A stretch of DNA of 64,000 bases from Gnetum montanum (Eukaryota; Plantae; Gnetophyta): the NCBI GenBank assembly GCA_015680685.1, contig MNCI01002615.1, positions 104,524-168,523 on the forward strand. The letters are read 5' to 3'. The position numbers were made by a program, and so were the translations under genes. The notes under the pieces were generated by a model. That model worked only from the letters and a program-made list of their open reading frames with translations. It did not search any database and was not told the DNA's origin. Positions 1-13,503 of the stretch are shown here, piece after piece. Within the stretch, counting starts at the first letter, position 1; each line of letters opens with the position of its first letter.

Positions 1-429
1 GAAAACTAGAGTGACCAATCTTATGAAGGGGTTTTATATGTTCATGATCACACTGACAACACTCAAGGACTACATTAACCTAAAATAGATAACCCTAGAG
101 GTAATGAAGTAAGTCCTAGACCAAAGGAGACCTCAAGGCCTAAGACCTCCTCAAAACATAGAAAGGATAAATCAAGGGACCTTGGGGAACACCATAGAAG
201 CCATGGCAATCCTTCTAGTTCCTCATCTTCCTCTTCCTCTTCCACATCTAGTTCTAATGAAGATTAATGTAGATATAGAAACCAAGCTTATTATTAATTC
301 CAAAATCAAACCCATGGGATAAATCAAAGACATCAAAATGAACATAGACAAAATCATCATAATCAAATGAAAATACATAGACATTTTCACAACATGTCTA
401 ATGATGATGAACCCTTATTGGCCATTAAG

Positions 430-2420
430 AGCCTAATATAGATCACACAAGTTGTTAAGATACCTCATAGGCATTTTAGGGCAAGTTTCTTACCTAGGTT
501 TGATATAAACAATATCCCTAAATTCATGGGAGGCTACGATATAGATCCACAACATCATGTACAAGCCTTCTAAGATGCTTGTGCCTTATAAAACATTAAA
601 AGTGGATGTAAAAGTGTAAGCTATTTCCTAAGATACTAATAGATAGATCTAAAGTGTGGTATAGATTATTAAAATCAAATTCAATCTAACGGTGGTTGAC
701 AATGTTGGAACTCTTCAATGAGAAATACCAAACCTATGCGAGGATGTCCAACCTAAGGAGACAAATCCAAGGATGGAAATAGGAATAATATAAACCCTTG
801 AACATGACCTTGGATAGATATTATTCTCTATTGGATAGATGCCCAAGCCATGATTTTTCAATGGGAAAGGCAAATTTTCCACATCATAGATGGGCTTTGT
901 AACGAAATAAGGGAGATCCTTGGGATGTATGCCCAAGTTAATTATACAAGCTAAAAATCCATCATAACTAAGAGTTTATTGAGTGCATGGTAAAAGAAGA
1001 AGGGAATATATGCAAATGGGAGAATGTTGAGAAATCCCATTGAGACCCAACTCTCCAAAAGAAATAGGTCCATTTCTATGGTAAGGAGAAGGAGGTAGCT
1101 CTTGATACAGTGATTCCATAACAAACCTTGTCAATACAGAAGTCTATTAAAGAACCTAAAGCAAAGTTTAATAGGATGTTAGAGTGAATATACACAAATG
1201 TTACAACTCTAGTAGAGATAGTAGAGGAGAAAGTAGTCTAGAATGAATAAAGTGATCACAACAAAAGGAGGAAGTAGAACCAAGAAATAGCTAGGAACAC
1301 TTTTCGATAGCTAGGGAAAATGATTGAAGAAAGTGAGGCTATAGACTCAACCATAGATGAAGATAACGGATGTGACATTTTCATATATGATCATGCAAAA
1401 GGTCATTGCCTAGTCTTGTTGCATCTACATGAGTATTTCACAGATGCATTAAATCTAAAGTTTATACAGAAGAACATGCCCAAGAGATTTTCTTTTTCAC
1501 ATGGTAATGAAAGCTAGTTCCATAACCAATCTTACTATCCTAGGGGGACTTATCACTAGCCTCAACACTATCATCAACCGCAGTGGAAAAACCCATATTC
1601 ATGGGGAAGGCCACCACCAAACTAGCCTTATCCTTCTTATTAGCAAAAACTATATGGATACTATGTTCAACATCCTATTTCTCCAACTAGTTCTACATCT
1701 TCTACTTCAAATCACTACTATTACTCTCTTGAGTACCATCAATCTATGGCAACTCCTGAAAGATCACCACCTCACATCTCTTACCATCAACCCTATCCTC
1801 AATATTCTCATACTCCACCTCATCACATGCCACTGCAAATGACACAAGAAGGTTCAGTGTCACAACATTAACAAACAAATTCCACTTGTACTACATACAT
1901 GCATAAACATATTGCTACGAGTAGGTCCTCATCACAAACTCTAAAACATCCTTTCTTTAGGATAGGCCATAGGCAAAAGTACAATACTCATGGACCTACC
2001 AGATTATCCAAACTAGCACAATGCCAATCTAGTGCAACACCTCCATTTTCATAGCCAATGTCCTCTAATCCTATGCAAGGGCCACCATCCATTGTTACTC
2101 CAACACCCAACTATAGCAATGAATCTAGCAGTGTGGAAAGACAAACAAATACATGCATACCAAATCATAATCAAGGGTGCAATCATGGGCCAAACATCTA
2201 CAGCATTAACAAACCTCATACCCTGACCCACCATACATTCAACAACGAAGTGTGTAAACAACAATTTGTCTACATAGCCACCACTACACCAAGAGACACC
2301 TAGTGGCTTGAAAATGGAAGATCACCAATGTTTTATGCATGCATGGATCCAAGCTATCTACTTATTAATTCTTACCATGGCCAACCATTTAGTCATGGGG
2401 AAACTCCCCATTCTAACCAT
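430..2420 (+). pseudogene. retrotransposon gag, degenerate
   Basis: DINNIPKFMGGYD.DPQHHVQAF*DACAL aligns to DMNNIPRFEGGYNANPQNNLQAFHDACAL (ORF 61792). It has many stops and a Pro/His/Gln-rich C-terminal part. Confidence 0.75.
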
Positions 2421-4399
2421 TAGATTTAATAGGTGTTTTTCATCTTTTTGTTTTATAATTTTTTTATCATTTTCATACTTCTTGATACAATTTTTTCTAC
2501 TCTTTTTCAACTTTTTCCATTTTTTTTATTTTCAATTTCTTTGTTAAGTAATCTCGCTTGTGAATGGAAAAATCATGTAGCCCATTGAGGTGCAGGTTCC
2601 TCTATGTTATCAAGTCATGAAGGACTAATTATTTAGATAGTAAACCATGTCATCCATCCACTCATTCCATCAATAAGAGGTTCTTATCTTTGGTCATAAT
2701 GATATTCTTCTACATCAACAAAACCAATAATAAATTCATAATCATTGTGCCTGGATAGAAAAGTAAAGAACCAAGGGGGAATGTGAAGGGTGTGAGATCA
2801 AGGGGACCTATGGATACTCTTTGGCCACTTCTATAGGTTCTATCATGTTGCTTCGGTTGTAATGCTCTCCTTGTAGATCTACTGAAAAATGGAAGTAAGA
2901 GCAACATAACAAGGCATTGAATAATTTTTTGTGGATTTCATTGGAAAGAAATGTACCCATGCCTAAAGGTTGATGGCTTCTAAGATTACTTTCACAACAA
3001 AAAAACAACAAAGTGCCATCAATAAACTCGTCCCTTGGACAAAATGCCAAGTGATGTTACTTCCTATAACTATGATACTCTTATGGTTGTCAGCTAATGT
3101 GATGAAATGATGTGATGCCACTAAAATGTGGTTTGGACTTGGTTTGAATCTTAGATAGATGGGCTAATGATTACTTAACCATGAATAACACATAAGGATT
3201 CATTGTGCCGATGGTACAACACCTCATGTCCCAATTTCTGCAATCCTTTCTATAGTCCCTCTCATCTCACTATCCATGTGATCTTACCTTGTGGTTTTGT
3301 GTAACATAGAGGTATTTCCTTATATTGGTGGTTTTTACATGTGTATTTTTTCTTCCAAATGTGCATTTCATTCAACCCCTTTAGTGCCTATAAACATCTT
3401 TAGGTGTGATTATATAAGGACATTATAAGCTAGAGCCTACTTTTGGAAGGACCCACTTGTGTAACTATTGTGACTTGTACTTGTTTGAATGACCACATTA
3501 TTCTTAACCTTCCAAGAGCTTCATTGTTAAATGTCATGCTTTCCCTTATCATGTAAATTGATTCATTCCACATCATTGATATAACACCTCCTTTTTTCTT
3601 GCATCTTCCTAAGCTTTTAACATCGACAACTCCATCTTCTAACAGTTCTGGTGCCTAAAACTAATTTCGTACTTACCCTAGAACTATGGACCTAACCTTA
3701 ACTCTTCCAACCAATCATAGAGCTTTCTTTCCATGCTCAATTACCCCATTTAATGCATATTCATGGACCCTAATATCAACTACCCAATATTGGGTTGTCC
3801 TTGACATTGGATACCCGATATCGGGTCTTACAAAACCTATATATATGACCCTTGTAATGTCCAAACTGCATTCTCTTTGTTTGCAACTAGGGGAGTTTTT
3901 CAAATTTTATCTTGTGACTCAGAGCTTTGCACAACCAAATTCTACTTACGAGATTTGACTCTCTACCACTCCAATTTTCATGCCATTTAAACCTAGTTGA
4001 ATCAGAGTGTTCAAGTTAGCCATGGGCAGGTGCTTGCATAGAAAATTTGTGCTGATTTTCCAAAAATTGCTATCCACTAGAAGATATTATAAGGGTAAGA
4101 GTATTAAAAAATTTAAAGGTTATAATGAAAAATCAATTGTATTAATGCTAGAAACCTTAAAATTTTTGTCCAAAGGACCATAACCTACATAATACCCATA
4201 CATAAGCAAAAAAGAAGCAATTACAAAGGGTCATAAACAAGATAAACACTTTTTGGGCATTTTTTTTTAAAAAAATATTTCTAACTCTACAATCATATGA
4301 AATAAAGAACCTAATGGACCAAAGATCATGACTAAGGTATATATCTATTAACAATGAATAACAACACCTTAGTAACATCTGATCCTTGATTGATTGCAA

Positions 4400-7110
4400 A
4401 TGGCCCCAAAAAGAGGAGCTCAAGTAGGACCTTCGTAGGGAGCATTCAAACACCCAAGGGGTGACAAAGGCCAAACATCAAGAGAAAAAATCCCAATAAT
4501 TTAGTATCCATCAAGAGGATCCTATCATAGGATAGTCAATCTAAAAAGAGGCTACATAACTATAAGTCTCCATGTAGGGACAATGCCTGATGTTGTCCCT
4601 AGAATGCCTTGAGGCCATTCAAGAAAAATCCATGTTAACCATGGTCATTGTGGAGATGAACTTTGGCCCATTTATGGAGTTTGCTCTAGAGGCAGTTCAG
4701 ATGCAACTTTAGGCATCACCTTTGTGGTCTATCCTTTTAGACATTGGTGAATGGTACCTTGGCAAAACCTACCAATTTTGGCACAACAAAGAAGAAGGTA
4801 CCACTACCAAGATTTGCAAAGTTAATGTTTCATTCTTAGTCAAAGTAGGTATATGAGGGGGCTAAGTTAGCCCATCTATCAACAAGATCAAACCCCAATA
4901 CTAGAAAACTATGGCTGAGGCAGGTGTATGGCAAGGATGACAAAACATATAATGAATTGACTCTACAAGAGACGACCTACTTCAAGATATTCACATATCA
5001 TCTCTTCCCAACTAAAGGGCTCAATAGGATTTCAACATATTTGGATAGGGAAAGTGCCATACTAATGGGCAAGTATATGGTCAACCTTCCCCTACTATAT
5101 TACATAGAACTTTAGAGGTGGTTTGAAGAAAAGATGGTAGGAAAGCCAATAGTTCCATTTCCCTACCTCATCAAGAAGCTATGTAAGCATGCTGGAATCC
5201 TAGGATACAAAAATGACATTTCCAAGAAGGCTTAGAATGCTTCCTTCACTTAATTTCTTAAATTGGAAGCACCAAGGAAAGACCTTGGTGAGGAACAAGA
5301 ACAAGAGAAGGGAGCAAAACCTGAAAAGGAAGTAGAACAAGAGCCTAAACAACATCATGAGCCACAAATTCCACCTTTACTACCACAAGACTACAAGCTA
5401 GCAATGAGCCACTTACAAAAAATTAATAAACACTCAACTAGGGGAGCAGAGAGGAGTGAAGCCTCTTTAGAGTCATTAATGATGTTTTGTAGTCCACTGT
5501 GTCAATAAATCCAACAAGGGGATAGATCTCACTAGAATTAGAAGGAGAATCCCAACATTCACAACAATCTTTGGTAACACTGCATCCTTTTATGTGATCC
5601 TTCAAATAGGAGAAGGTACCATAGCAGTGATCATGCAACATCATGATGTAGCAGGTGGAGTAGAAGTAATAACAAATCACATCAAAGAATCATTCAATGT
5701 GCCTATTGTGCCTCTAGTCAATTTGATTGGATCCAGAGATGTGCAAATGCTTGTTGGAACTTTGATGACTCCTACAACAAATGAGGATGTATTGGATCAA
5801 CTACTACAGAGAGGAAAAATGATGAACACCCTATTTGACATCCCCAATGATGCCATTGTAGTACAATTAGACCTCATCACCACCAAGGAAAAGCTAGTTA
5901 TGGTAGAGACTAGGGTGGAGCACATGGAAAAAAAGGGCAACATTTGCAATAAGAGCTAGCCACCCTAAGAGTTGAAAGACAAGAATTTGCCTAGTTTTTT
6001 GCACTTGATCAGCTAGATTAATTCAAAACAGAGTAGTTAGACAAATTTCTTGAAGGGAACAAAGCTATAGAGCAAGAAAAGGAGAAGGTAGTCTAGAATT
6101 CCTCCACTGTAGAAGCACAATCCTATGTGCATAAAAAGGCGCTGACTACTTTCCAAGAAGAGAATAAATAGCTTGCTACCAAAAATTCAAGGTTGAACAC
6201 CATAGAGAAACAAAAGAATGTTTTGGATGAAAGTGTCCATCATTTGAAAGAATAATTGATGAGCATCAACCAAGATATCAAAGAATTAACTAGAGAAAAT
6301 AGAACCCTCTCAATGGAGGAGGTCTACAGCATTCGACAAAAGTCTGTAATTGAAATAAGTGCATGGAAGAATGAGGCCAAGAAACATAAAAAGCTAAAAG
6401 AACACTTCTAGGACCAAGTAGGCATGTACAAGAAAATTAATGAAAAGGAAATCCAAATCGCCAAAGTGTGCATTAGATCCATGTCAATGCAAAATCCTAA
6501 TTGGTAGCCCATCTTGGATAGCTATGCGTTGGTCCAATAAGTAGAAGTAAAGAATAAAGACATGAAAATTGAGGATTTAAAGGAACACATGGCATTGGCT
6601 AACCTTATATATGCCAACCTTACCATGTTAACAATAGGTTGGTTAAGAAATAAATTAGGGTAATAGGTAGCGACTACCTATGCATTATACGAGAAAAGTC
6701 ACTTTATAGAAACTTCATGTAGCAAACTCAGAACTAGAGGTAATCAAATCTTGCTACCACAAACAAAAGGATGTTATCTCAAACCTAACCTAGAGATTAA
6801 CAAATCATCATGACTTGAAAGAAAAGGCCAAGGCCTTTGAGGAGGAATTATAGTAGTTTGTGACTTGGTATATAAAGGCCAACAAAATGTTTCTATAGCT
6901 ACCATGCCCTTGGGATGTACCAATGCCAACACACATCAACTTAGTACCCTAGATGGTACATAATCCAAGGATAGAAGAAGAAAATTTGTAAGCATTTCTC
7001 AACTGCTACAAATTTCAAAAGCCTGGTGACAAAGGAAAGCAATCAATGGAGGAGCCACCACCTTCAAGAACTACATGAGCTTCCCAATTTTGTGTCTTGT
7101 AATATTATGT
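4400..7110 (+). pseudogene. env-like/accessory ORF of the Athila-like element, degenerate, coiled-coil rich
   Basis: ORF fragments 4924, 5263 and 5594 lie between gag and the PPT, with a PFPYLIKKLC motif (~5150-5190) typical of plant transposon accessory proteins and E/K/Q-rich stretches. Confidence 0.55.
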
Positions 7111-7267
7111 CCAAATTTTTTATAAACACCACTGCAGCATGTAAGAGTCCATTTTTTTGTTTAATTGTTTGAGTTAGTCAATGGTTTCATACCTTTCCAA
7201 TATTTTGTAAAGCACTCGCTCATCATTTTGTAACTTGAGGATGAGTTTTCATTTAGTCATGGGGGTA

Positions 7268-8162
7268 TGATAAGTCATGATTGGGTTAGCTTTGGTATTG
7301 GATATTCAATATCGGAACCTTGATATTGGATATGTAATATCAAATCCTAGGAAACAATGTTGGATATCCGATATCATATCTTTCATGCTAGCCTATAAAT
7401 ACAACACTTGGGTGCATGGTTGGGGAATAGTTTTAATTTTAGATTTTAGTTAGATTGTTCCTAGCTTCTTGATTTTTCATTCTGTTTCTTCCCAATGCAT
7501 GCCTACAATGTGATGTTTGTAATTATATAGCATCCTTATTTGAATGTGATGTACTTAGACATGTTACATGACCAGAAATAAAGACCGACATTACTTGCAT
7601 CATTGCAGCATCTACTTAGATTTATTATTACTTTCAATTATTTATCTATTTAATTATTTATTATTTTCCTTAGTTAATGTTTCCATATATTGTGCTTTAC
7701 AATTCCTATCATTAAGCGTAATGATTATGACTATTCACAAGCACTTAAGTGTAATTACTTGATAACCTAGTAGTGTATTGTTTGGAAAGCTAGTGACATA
7801 CGCTTGGTAATTTTAGTGGTAGTTACATGAAGTCCAAGGTGTGTATGGACAGTTAGAAATAGATACTCATTGCATCTAGGCTAGTTTAAAATTTACTTTC
7901 CATTGGTTATTATCTTAATTAACTTATCTCTTTATTGTCAATAGGAGTAGCTTAGGATTAGGAACACATCAATCATATGCCTGACTTTGGACTAAACCAT
8001 ACATGACAAAGCTACCATTAGTCTAAGTGGGAAGATAGTGAACTACGATCAAAGCATAACAATTTAGATGCACAACTAATCCCATCTATAGAATTTGATT
8101 GGATCATGCATGAACACTTGTGATTCGTATGGTTGGACATAGAGGTATCATGCCACTCATCA
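7268..8162 (+). repeat. 3' LTR of the Athila-like element
   Basis: TG...CA ends and TATA (CCTATAAATA ~7392). The terminal ~70 bp align with 60665-60735. Confidence 0.8.
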
Positions 8163-9188
8163 CTTTTGAAATTGAATTACCAAATGATGTGGGTATGTCT
8201 TTTATTTGTAATGTTGTAGATTTTGCACATTATCATGGATAAGTTGAAGGGGAGTACTAACAAGTACAATCCTTCACATGAGAGGAAGAAAATTATACTC
8301 AAGAAGAGTGAAGCTTCCATCACTCATGGAGTAAAGAGGCATGAGTATCTAATCCATTGGAAGGATCAAACTATTGATGATACTGTATGGGTCCATGAGA
8401 TCAAACTTGTTTAGTGGGAATCACTTCTATCCTTACTCCCTTATTGACTTGAGTTTACTTTTTAAAGGGTGGAATAGTTGGTATAGGAAAATCTCTTACA
8501 AGCCCTTTTTCATTCCTATAGGAAGTTGATTTATAGGTTTGGAAAGCTAGCAAGATATCTTTAATGAAAATTGTAAAGCTATAAAAAGAAGAAGAAAAAA
8601 ATAAATAGTGATGTCTTTATTATTAGTAGAAAATTGAAAAAGAGAAAAAATTATTAAAAGACATTCCAAGATAAACTTTCACATGGCAAATTCAACAATA
8701 AAGATCAATTTGAAAAAATTATTTCTAGATTTTTTATCTCTCTATTTGGAAGAAATGTAGTAGTTGGATTATCTATGGTGACTACATGCAAGAGGAGCAG
8801 CCTAGAAGCTAGAATAATAGATAAAAAAGGAAAGAGTTTGGAGAGAGAGATTGCATGAGAGTGATGTGCATCTTTCAAATTAGATCTATGTGTATGATCT
8901 TGGTCATATATCTTTATATATGAGTTGGATCTTAGTTTTGTGTTATGAGATCTAGTTTGATTGAGCCTTTCATTAAGACAATCATTGTGAGATTATAAAG
9001 CCTCATGCTTTTCAATATTGTTGAGCATGTAAGTTTGTGATTTTTTATTTGGATTATGTGGATTGATTATATTTTTAGTTTTCTTTAATTTAATAGAAGA
9101 TTGCTAGTTTTTTGTTTTCTAACAATTCTTTATCCTGCATATTTTCTAGATTTGACGTATTTGAAGAGTTAAAGAAAATCAAAGTGAT
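8163..9188 (+). mobile_element. chromovirus-type gypsy remnant: integrase C-terminus/chromodomain, PPT and partial 3' LTR (from 8479)
   Basis: FEIELPNDVGMS..NV and HEYLIHWKDQTIDDTVWVHE (chromodomain-like), followed by the purine tract AAAGGGTGGAA. The LTR resembles 20955-21866/45182-45238. Confidence 0.7.
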
Positions 9189-10260
9189 TTTGATGTCCCT
9201 ATTTACAAATGATGCTACTGTATAACAAAGATGGAGCCTCTTCATAACAAGTGTTATTATTATTATAACAAGACTTGAAAGGGAAGTTTTCATCAAGACT
9301 TGAAAGGGCATGTTGTAATAACTGATGTATCTTTTGAGGTGACCTTCGTGGTTTTGACCTAAGGTATTTATACATGAACTTAGAGGCCATATCAGCATGA
9401 AGTTATAGAGCTAGTAAAGGTGAGTAATAGGTGTTAGGTGAATTAGGATAGAAAGAGGAGTAGCCATCCCTTCTAGTTAGTTGTAGGGTTAACTGTGATG
9501 GTAGTGCTAGATTGCCTCTAAGGGATAGTTGCCAAAAGAAGACAATCCCCAGGAACCTTTACACTTAAGGTCAAATATTATATATATTTGACATTTATTA
9601 CATTATCATTGTCTACCTAATGTCTAATATAACATATATTTGATGTTTACCATGACATTTTGAAATAGGATGCCACATTTGGTATCAGAGAAAACCATGA
9701 CCCAAGGGCCAATTAGAACCATGGGTTCACTACAACCTTATGATTAATCATGAAGCCAAGATCTAGGAAGAGCCATGGATCATGACCAGATGTGTCATAT
9801 GTTTGAGATGACCTAGACATCTACAAAAGAGCCATGAAGTGTATCATGTTCAACATAAACCCCATCAACCAAGATTCATTCAAGGATATTAACGATCAGG
9901 AGATCTTAATATGCCTAAGGTACATCAACTGCAAAGAACATTGTTAAAACACTGATCCAAGTAACTCTTACCCATCTTATATTATTGTTAAAAATGTAAT
10001 GGATTTAGGCCATTGTTAAGTTCCTTCTAAAAAGTTAGTAACTATGAACTGAGTTGATTTGGTCTCGTTTAAAAATTAGCATCTTAAATACCTTACTCTT
10101 ATAAACTTGGTAATACTCATACTACCTAGGACCTATGTATTGGTAAATTTTAGGGATTCAACCTAGCCATAAGATTTTCTAATTCCTACTTAAATAATAA
10201 GGTTCATTGCTATGAGATTCATACAAAAACTAGTACTTAAGGGGTAATGTTGTGATGTCT
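9189..10260 (+). mobile_element. small or deleted copia-like LTR element (LTR 9189-9677, PBS-Met 9680-9690, PPT ~10238-10250)
   Basis: The LTR ends GGATGCCACA and is followed by TGGTATCAGAG. About 560 bp of non-coding internal sequence precede TAAGGGGTAATGT|TGTGATGTC. The second LTR matches only at its first bases. Confidence 0.5.
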
Positions 10261-11559
10261 TGCTTATCCTTAACACCTAGGACATAATCTTGATGCAAGA
10301 GGATAAAGTAATATCATACTTACCAAATTTTAAGGTAAAAGTATTATGTTTTGCATTTAAGAGTTGGGATATCATTTATAATTATCAAAGTCATCTAGAA
10401 GTCATCATTTCATCTATGTATCAACCTAGGAATTTCAATTTGACAAAATAAGCAATCTTATTCCTTTAAAAAATTGAAAATTAAAATTATTTTTTAGATC
10501 TTAAAACCATATCCAACTCATAGTATTTATCAAGATGATTCCAATGATATAAATTTTGTTCCAATCAAACCTCCAGTTTGAGAAATATTGTTGTTTAAAG
10601 TTTCTGTTATGTGTCCAAATAAAATAATAATAATAAATTAAAAAAGAGAGGTTGCAGGTTCAAACCCTAGCTGCAAATGATTTAAAATATATATATATAT
10701 AATATAAAAAATATATTTTACAAAAGAAATTCATGAGGATCACGCTGGCTTGTAAGGGTTGCACTACCCTGCAGGACCGTGCAGCCCATAGCATTGGACC
10801 TGTTGAAAGAACATCATGCGACCTCCGAGACCACGAGTACGGTCATCAATGGACAACCAAAGTTAAAGTGATCTATGGATCTGGGTGTAGCTGGTAGCCT
10901 GCAACACCTGCAACACCATGATGCATGGACTTGGCCACATTGATGACACCACCGACGGTTGTCTCTGTATGGTGGTGGTCATGGTAGCCTTGTGGAGATG
11001 GAGAATCTTACGACCATGACAACCACTGAGATCATTGTAAAATGCAACATTAGTGAGTTTGTTACTCATGCCCTCGGTCTTTGCTATTGCTGACAATGCC
11101 AAAATGTCTCAGGCATGGTCTTAAGCTTGATGCAGCAGTGCTGCGCTATTCACCTGTGGTGGGTTTCGAGGTAACAATAGCATGACCTGGATCACGACTA
11201 GCGGCATGTTTGTGATGCTGTCGTTGCCAGGCAATGCATGAATGAGGTCCTGCCAGCCATCGTCGCCATAGCTGTAACTACTACTGTCCATGGCGCTGCC
11301 TCTCCTGCTTACTACCACCACTGCCATCGCAGCTAACGTTGCCCCTGCTTTTGCCACCAATTTTGCTGAAAAATGTGTCAGAAATTTCGACATTTTACAA
11401 TGTCTATAAGCATCACTGGAAATACTATGAAATCCTACCTCCCATAAAGTTATAAAAGCTATCAATATAATTAGAAATAAATGTAAGGTATTAAAAGTTT
11501 GGGCTTAGAAGATTAGAAAACTAATCTTTCAAATAGTCATTTATCTTATTGTGTTATAT

Positions 11560-12310
11560 GAATACACAATTTAAGGACTAGGTCTTAACGCAAAAACTTT
11601 TAAGGTCATTGAAAGATTACAAAAGATGCTTTTACTTGATGAATTAAAGATGAAAGTTCAAACATCTAATTTCATATTTTTATTAGAGTGTAATCTACTT
11701 CCATTAGAAGTAGAAGCTATTTGTTTGTTTATTTATTATATTAAAAAAATAACAAAAATAAAACTAGTCAAATTTTCTAAGATAGTTCTTGAAGACATAA
11801 AAAATAGGAATTGTATTTTCAAGGAACATAGCAGTTAAAGGCTTCAAATATCTTATTAGAAAACATACAAAGCAATCTACAGAATATTTCTAGGTTGGTT
11901 TGATAATAAGTTCTAACAAAGTTATGGTTAAATGTAAAAGATAAAAAATATATTATTTATAATGCATAAAAAGGAATAAGTTATATGTAGAAGTTCACTA
12001 TTTGTCAAATTAGATGTTACATTTTTAATTGAAATCTTTGTTTAAGTTTATATTATCTTAGAATAGGAAGGTAGAAGATGGATGCAAATTTCTAGAGAAG
12101 AATGCACACATAGACTATTTGATTCAAGAGATCTTAAGGTTGAGTAGCATGTTTTTCTTAGTTTTCTTACATAATTTTTTAAAAAATATATATAATAATA
12201 TAGCAAAGGATATATATGACATTTTTTTCTTACATCCAATGTTAGTTAGCCACTTTGTTGAGTTGATATTTAATTTTCATGATGCAAATATAATATTTGT
12301 TCAATAAAAC
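11560..12310 (+). mobile_element. LINE (non-LTR retrotransposon) 3' fragment, degenerate
   Basis: IERLQK...IFLLECNLLPLEVEA (RT C-terminal region), then a frameshifted LRI..GRWMQISREE.T.RL.DS.DL..E.HVFL resembling the Cys/His knuckle at the end of LINE ORF2. AATAAA at ~12303. Confidence 0.55.
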
Positions 12311-13503
12311 TTTTAGGTCTTCAAATGTAATAAAATCTTAGTTTTAGTTTTAGTATTTACTTTGTAGTTTTCTTTTTTTTTCTTTTTTATTCTTCAATTC
12401 TAGCTTGTGATTTTTTCTTTTGGCATTATGTTTAATGTATTTAATATCCTATAATTTTCTTAATATACTTAAGAAATTACTTTGCATTTTTCACTTATTA
12501 GTATTATAGTTATTAGAGTAGTCAAAAAATTACAGGTGAAACATGTAACGTAACGAATGTGTAAGTAATTATAAAAATTATTTTATTAAAAAATTATTTT
12601 ATAACATACATTAATTTTCATAAAAATTTTTAGAAAAGGATGTTTTATTAATGTACAGATGTAAAAATCTACAAAAAGATAATAAAGTATTGGCCTAGGG
12701 TAGACCTGAAGGCTTAAGGTCTATTCTTAAGTTTTGAATCATGTTATCCAAAAATGAAACACTAAAATACACACTACCCCCAAATAATGGATTGTGTAAC
12801 ATCATCCTTCCTAACCTTAAGAACATTATGTAAGGTATAAAACCCCTAACTAACAATTGGCATGATAGGAAACAAAATCAAAATGAGTAACATAATAGAA
12901 AGAAAACTTACAATGAAGTCATGATAGAAAGGAAAGAAGAAACTAAATAGCAAATAAGAGGTATATAACTATTTAATACACATTAATTAAATGAGCTGAA
13001 AATTAAATGAATTGATAGAAATTAACTATCTTAAACTCAAAATTCAAAATAGATTGAAAAGACATATCATCATGAATCTAGAAATATGAAGCTCTCATCA
13101 AATATCTAGCATAAATCATGGTAGGTCTAGTCATACATAAACCATCATCCAATACATGAAATATAGAGAGAAATATCTAAAGATATTTATTAAAATAGTT
13201 CCCATAATAACTAAATTTGGAAAAAATAACATGACATGAAATATCCTAGTGAGGTCCCAACTTAAATAACTCAAAATTGAAGCTAACCTCTTCAAATTTG
13301 CACAAACAATTGGAAATAAGAAAGGAACAACTCTTTATTCTTACTAGAAAATGAAAGAGAAATACAAATTTTTGGAAGCAAATGCTAAGAATCAACATGT
13401 GCTCAAGATCCAATATAACACACACATACACAAAATGGCTATGAAGCCTTATTATAATGGATGTTGAAATGGAGCTCAACAGCACTTTCTCCTAACTTCT
13501 CTT

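Larger units (their letters stand above)
1..8162 (+). mobile_element. Athila-like Ty3/gypsy LTR retrotransposon, 5' part outside the window, no pol (gag + env-like ORF + 3' LTR)
   Basis: Decayed gag is homologous to 61792-62613. The 3' LTR 7268-8162 (TGATAAG...CACTCATCA) matches the LTR at 58842-60735, which carries an Athila-type PBS. A GGGGG PPT-like tract sits at 7261-7265. It ends at the junction with a chromovirus integrase remnant. Confidence 0.75.
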
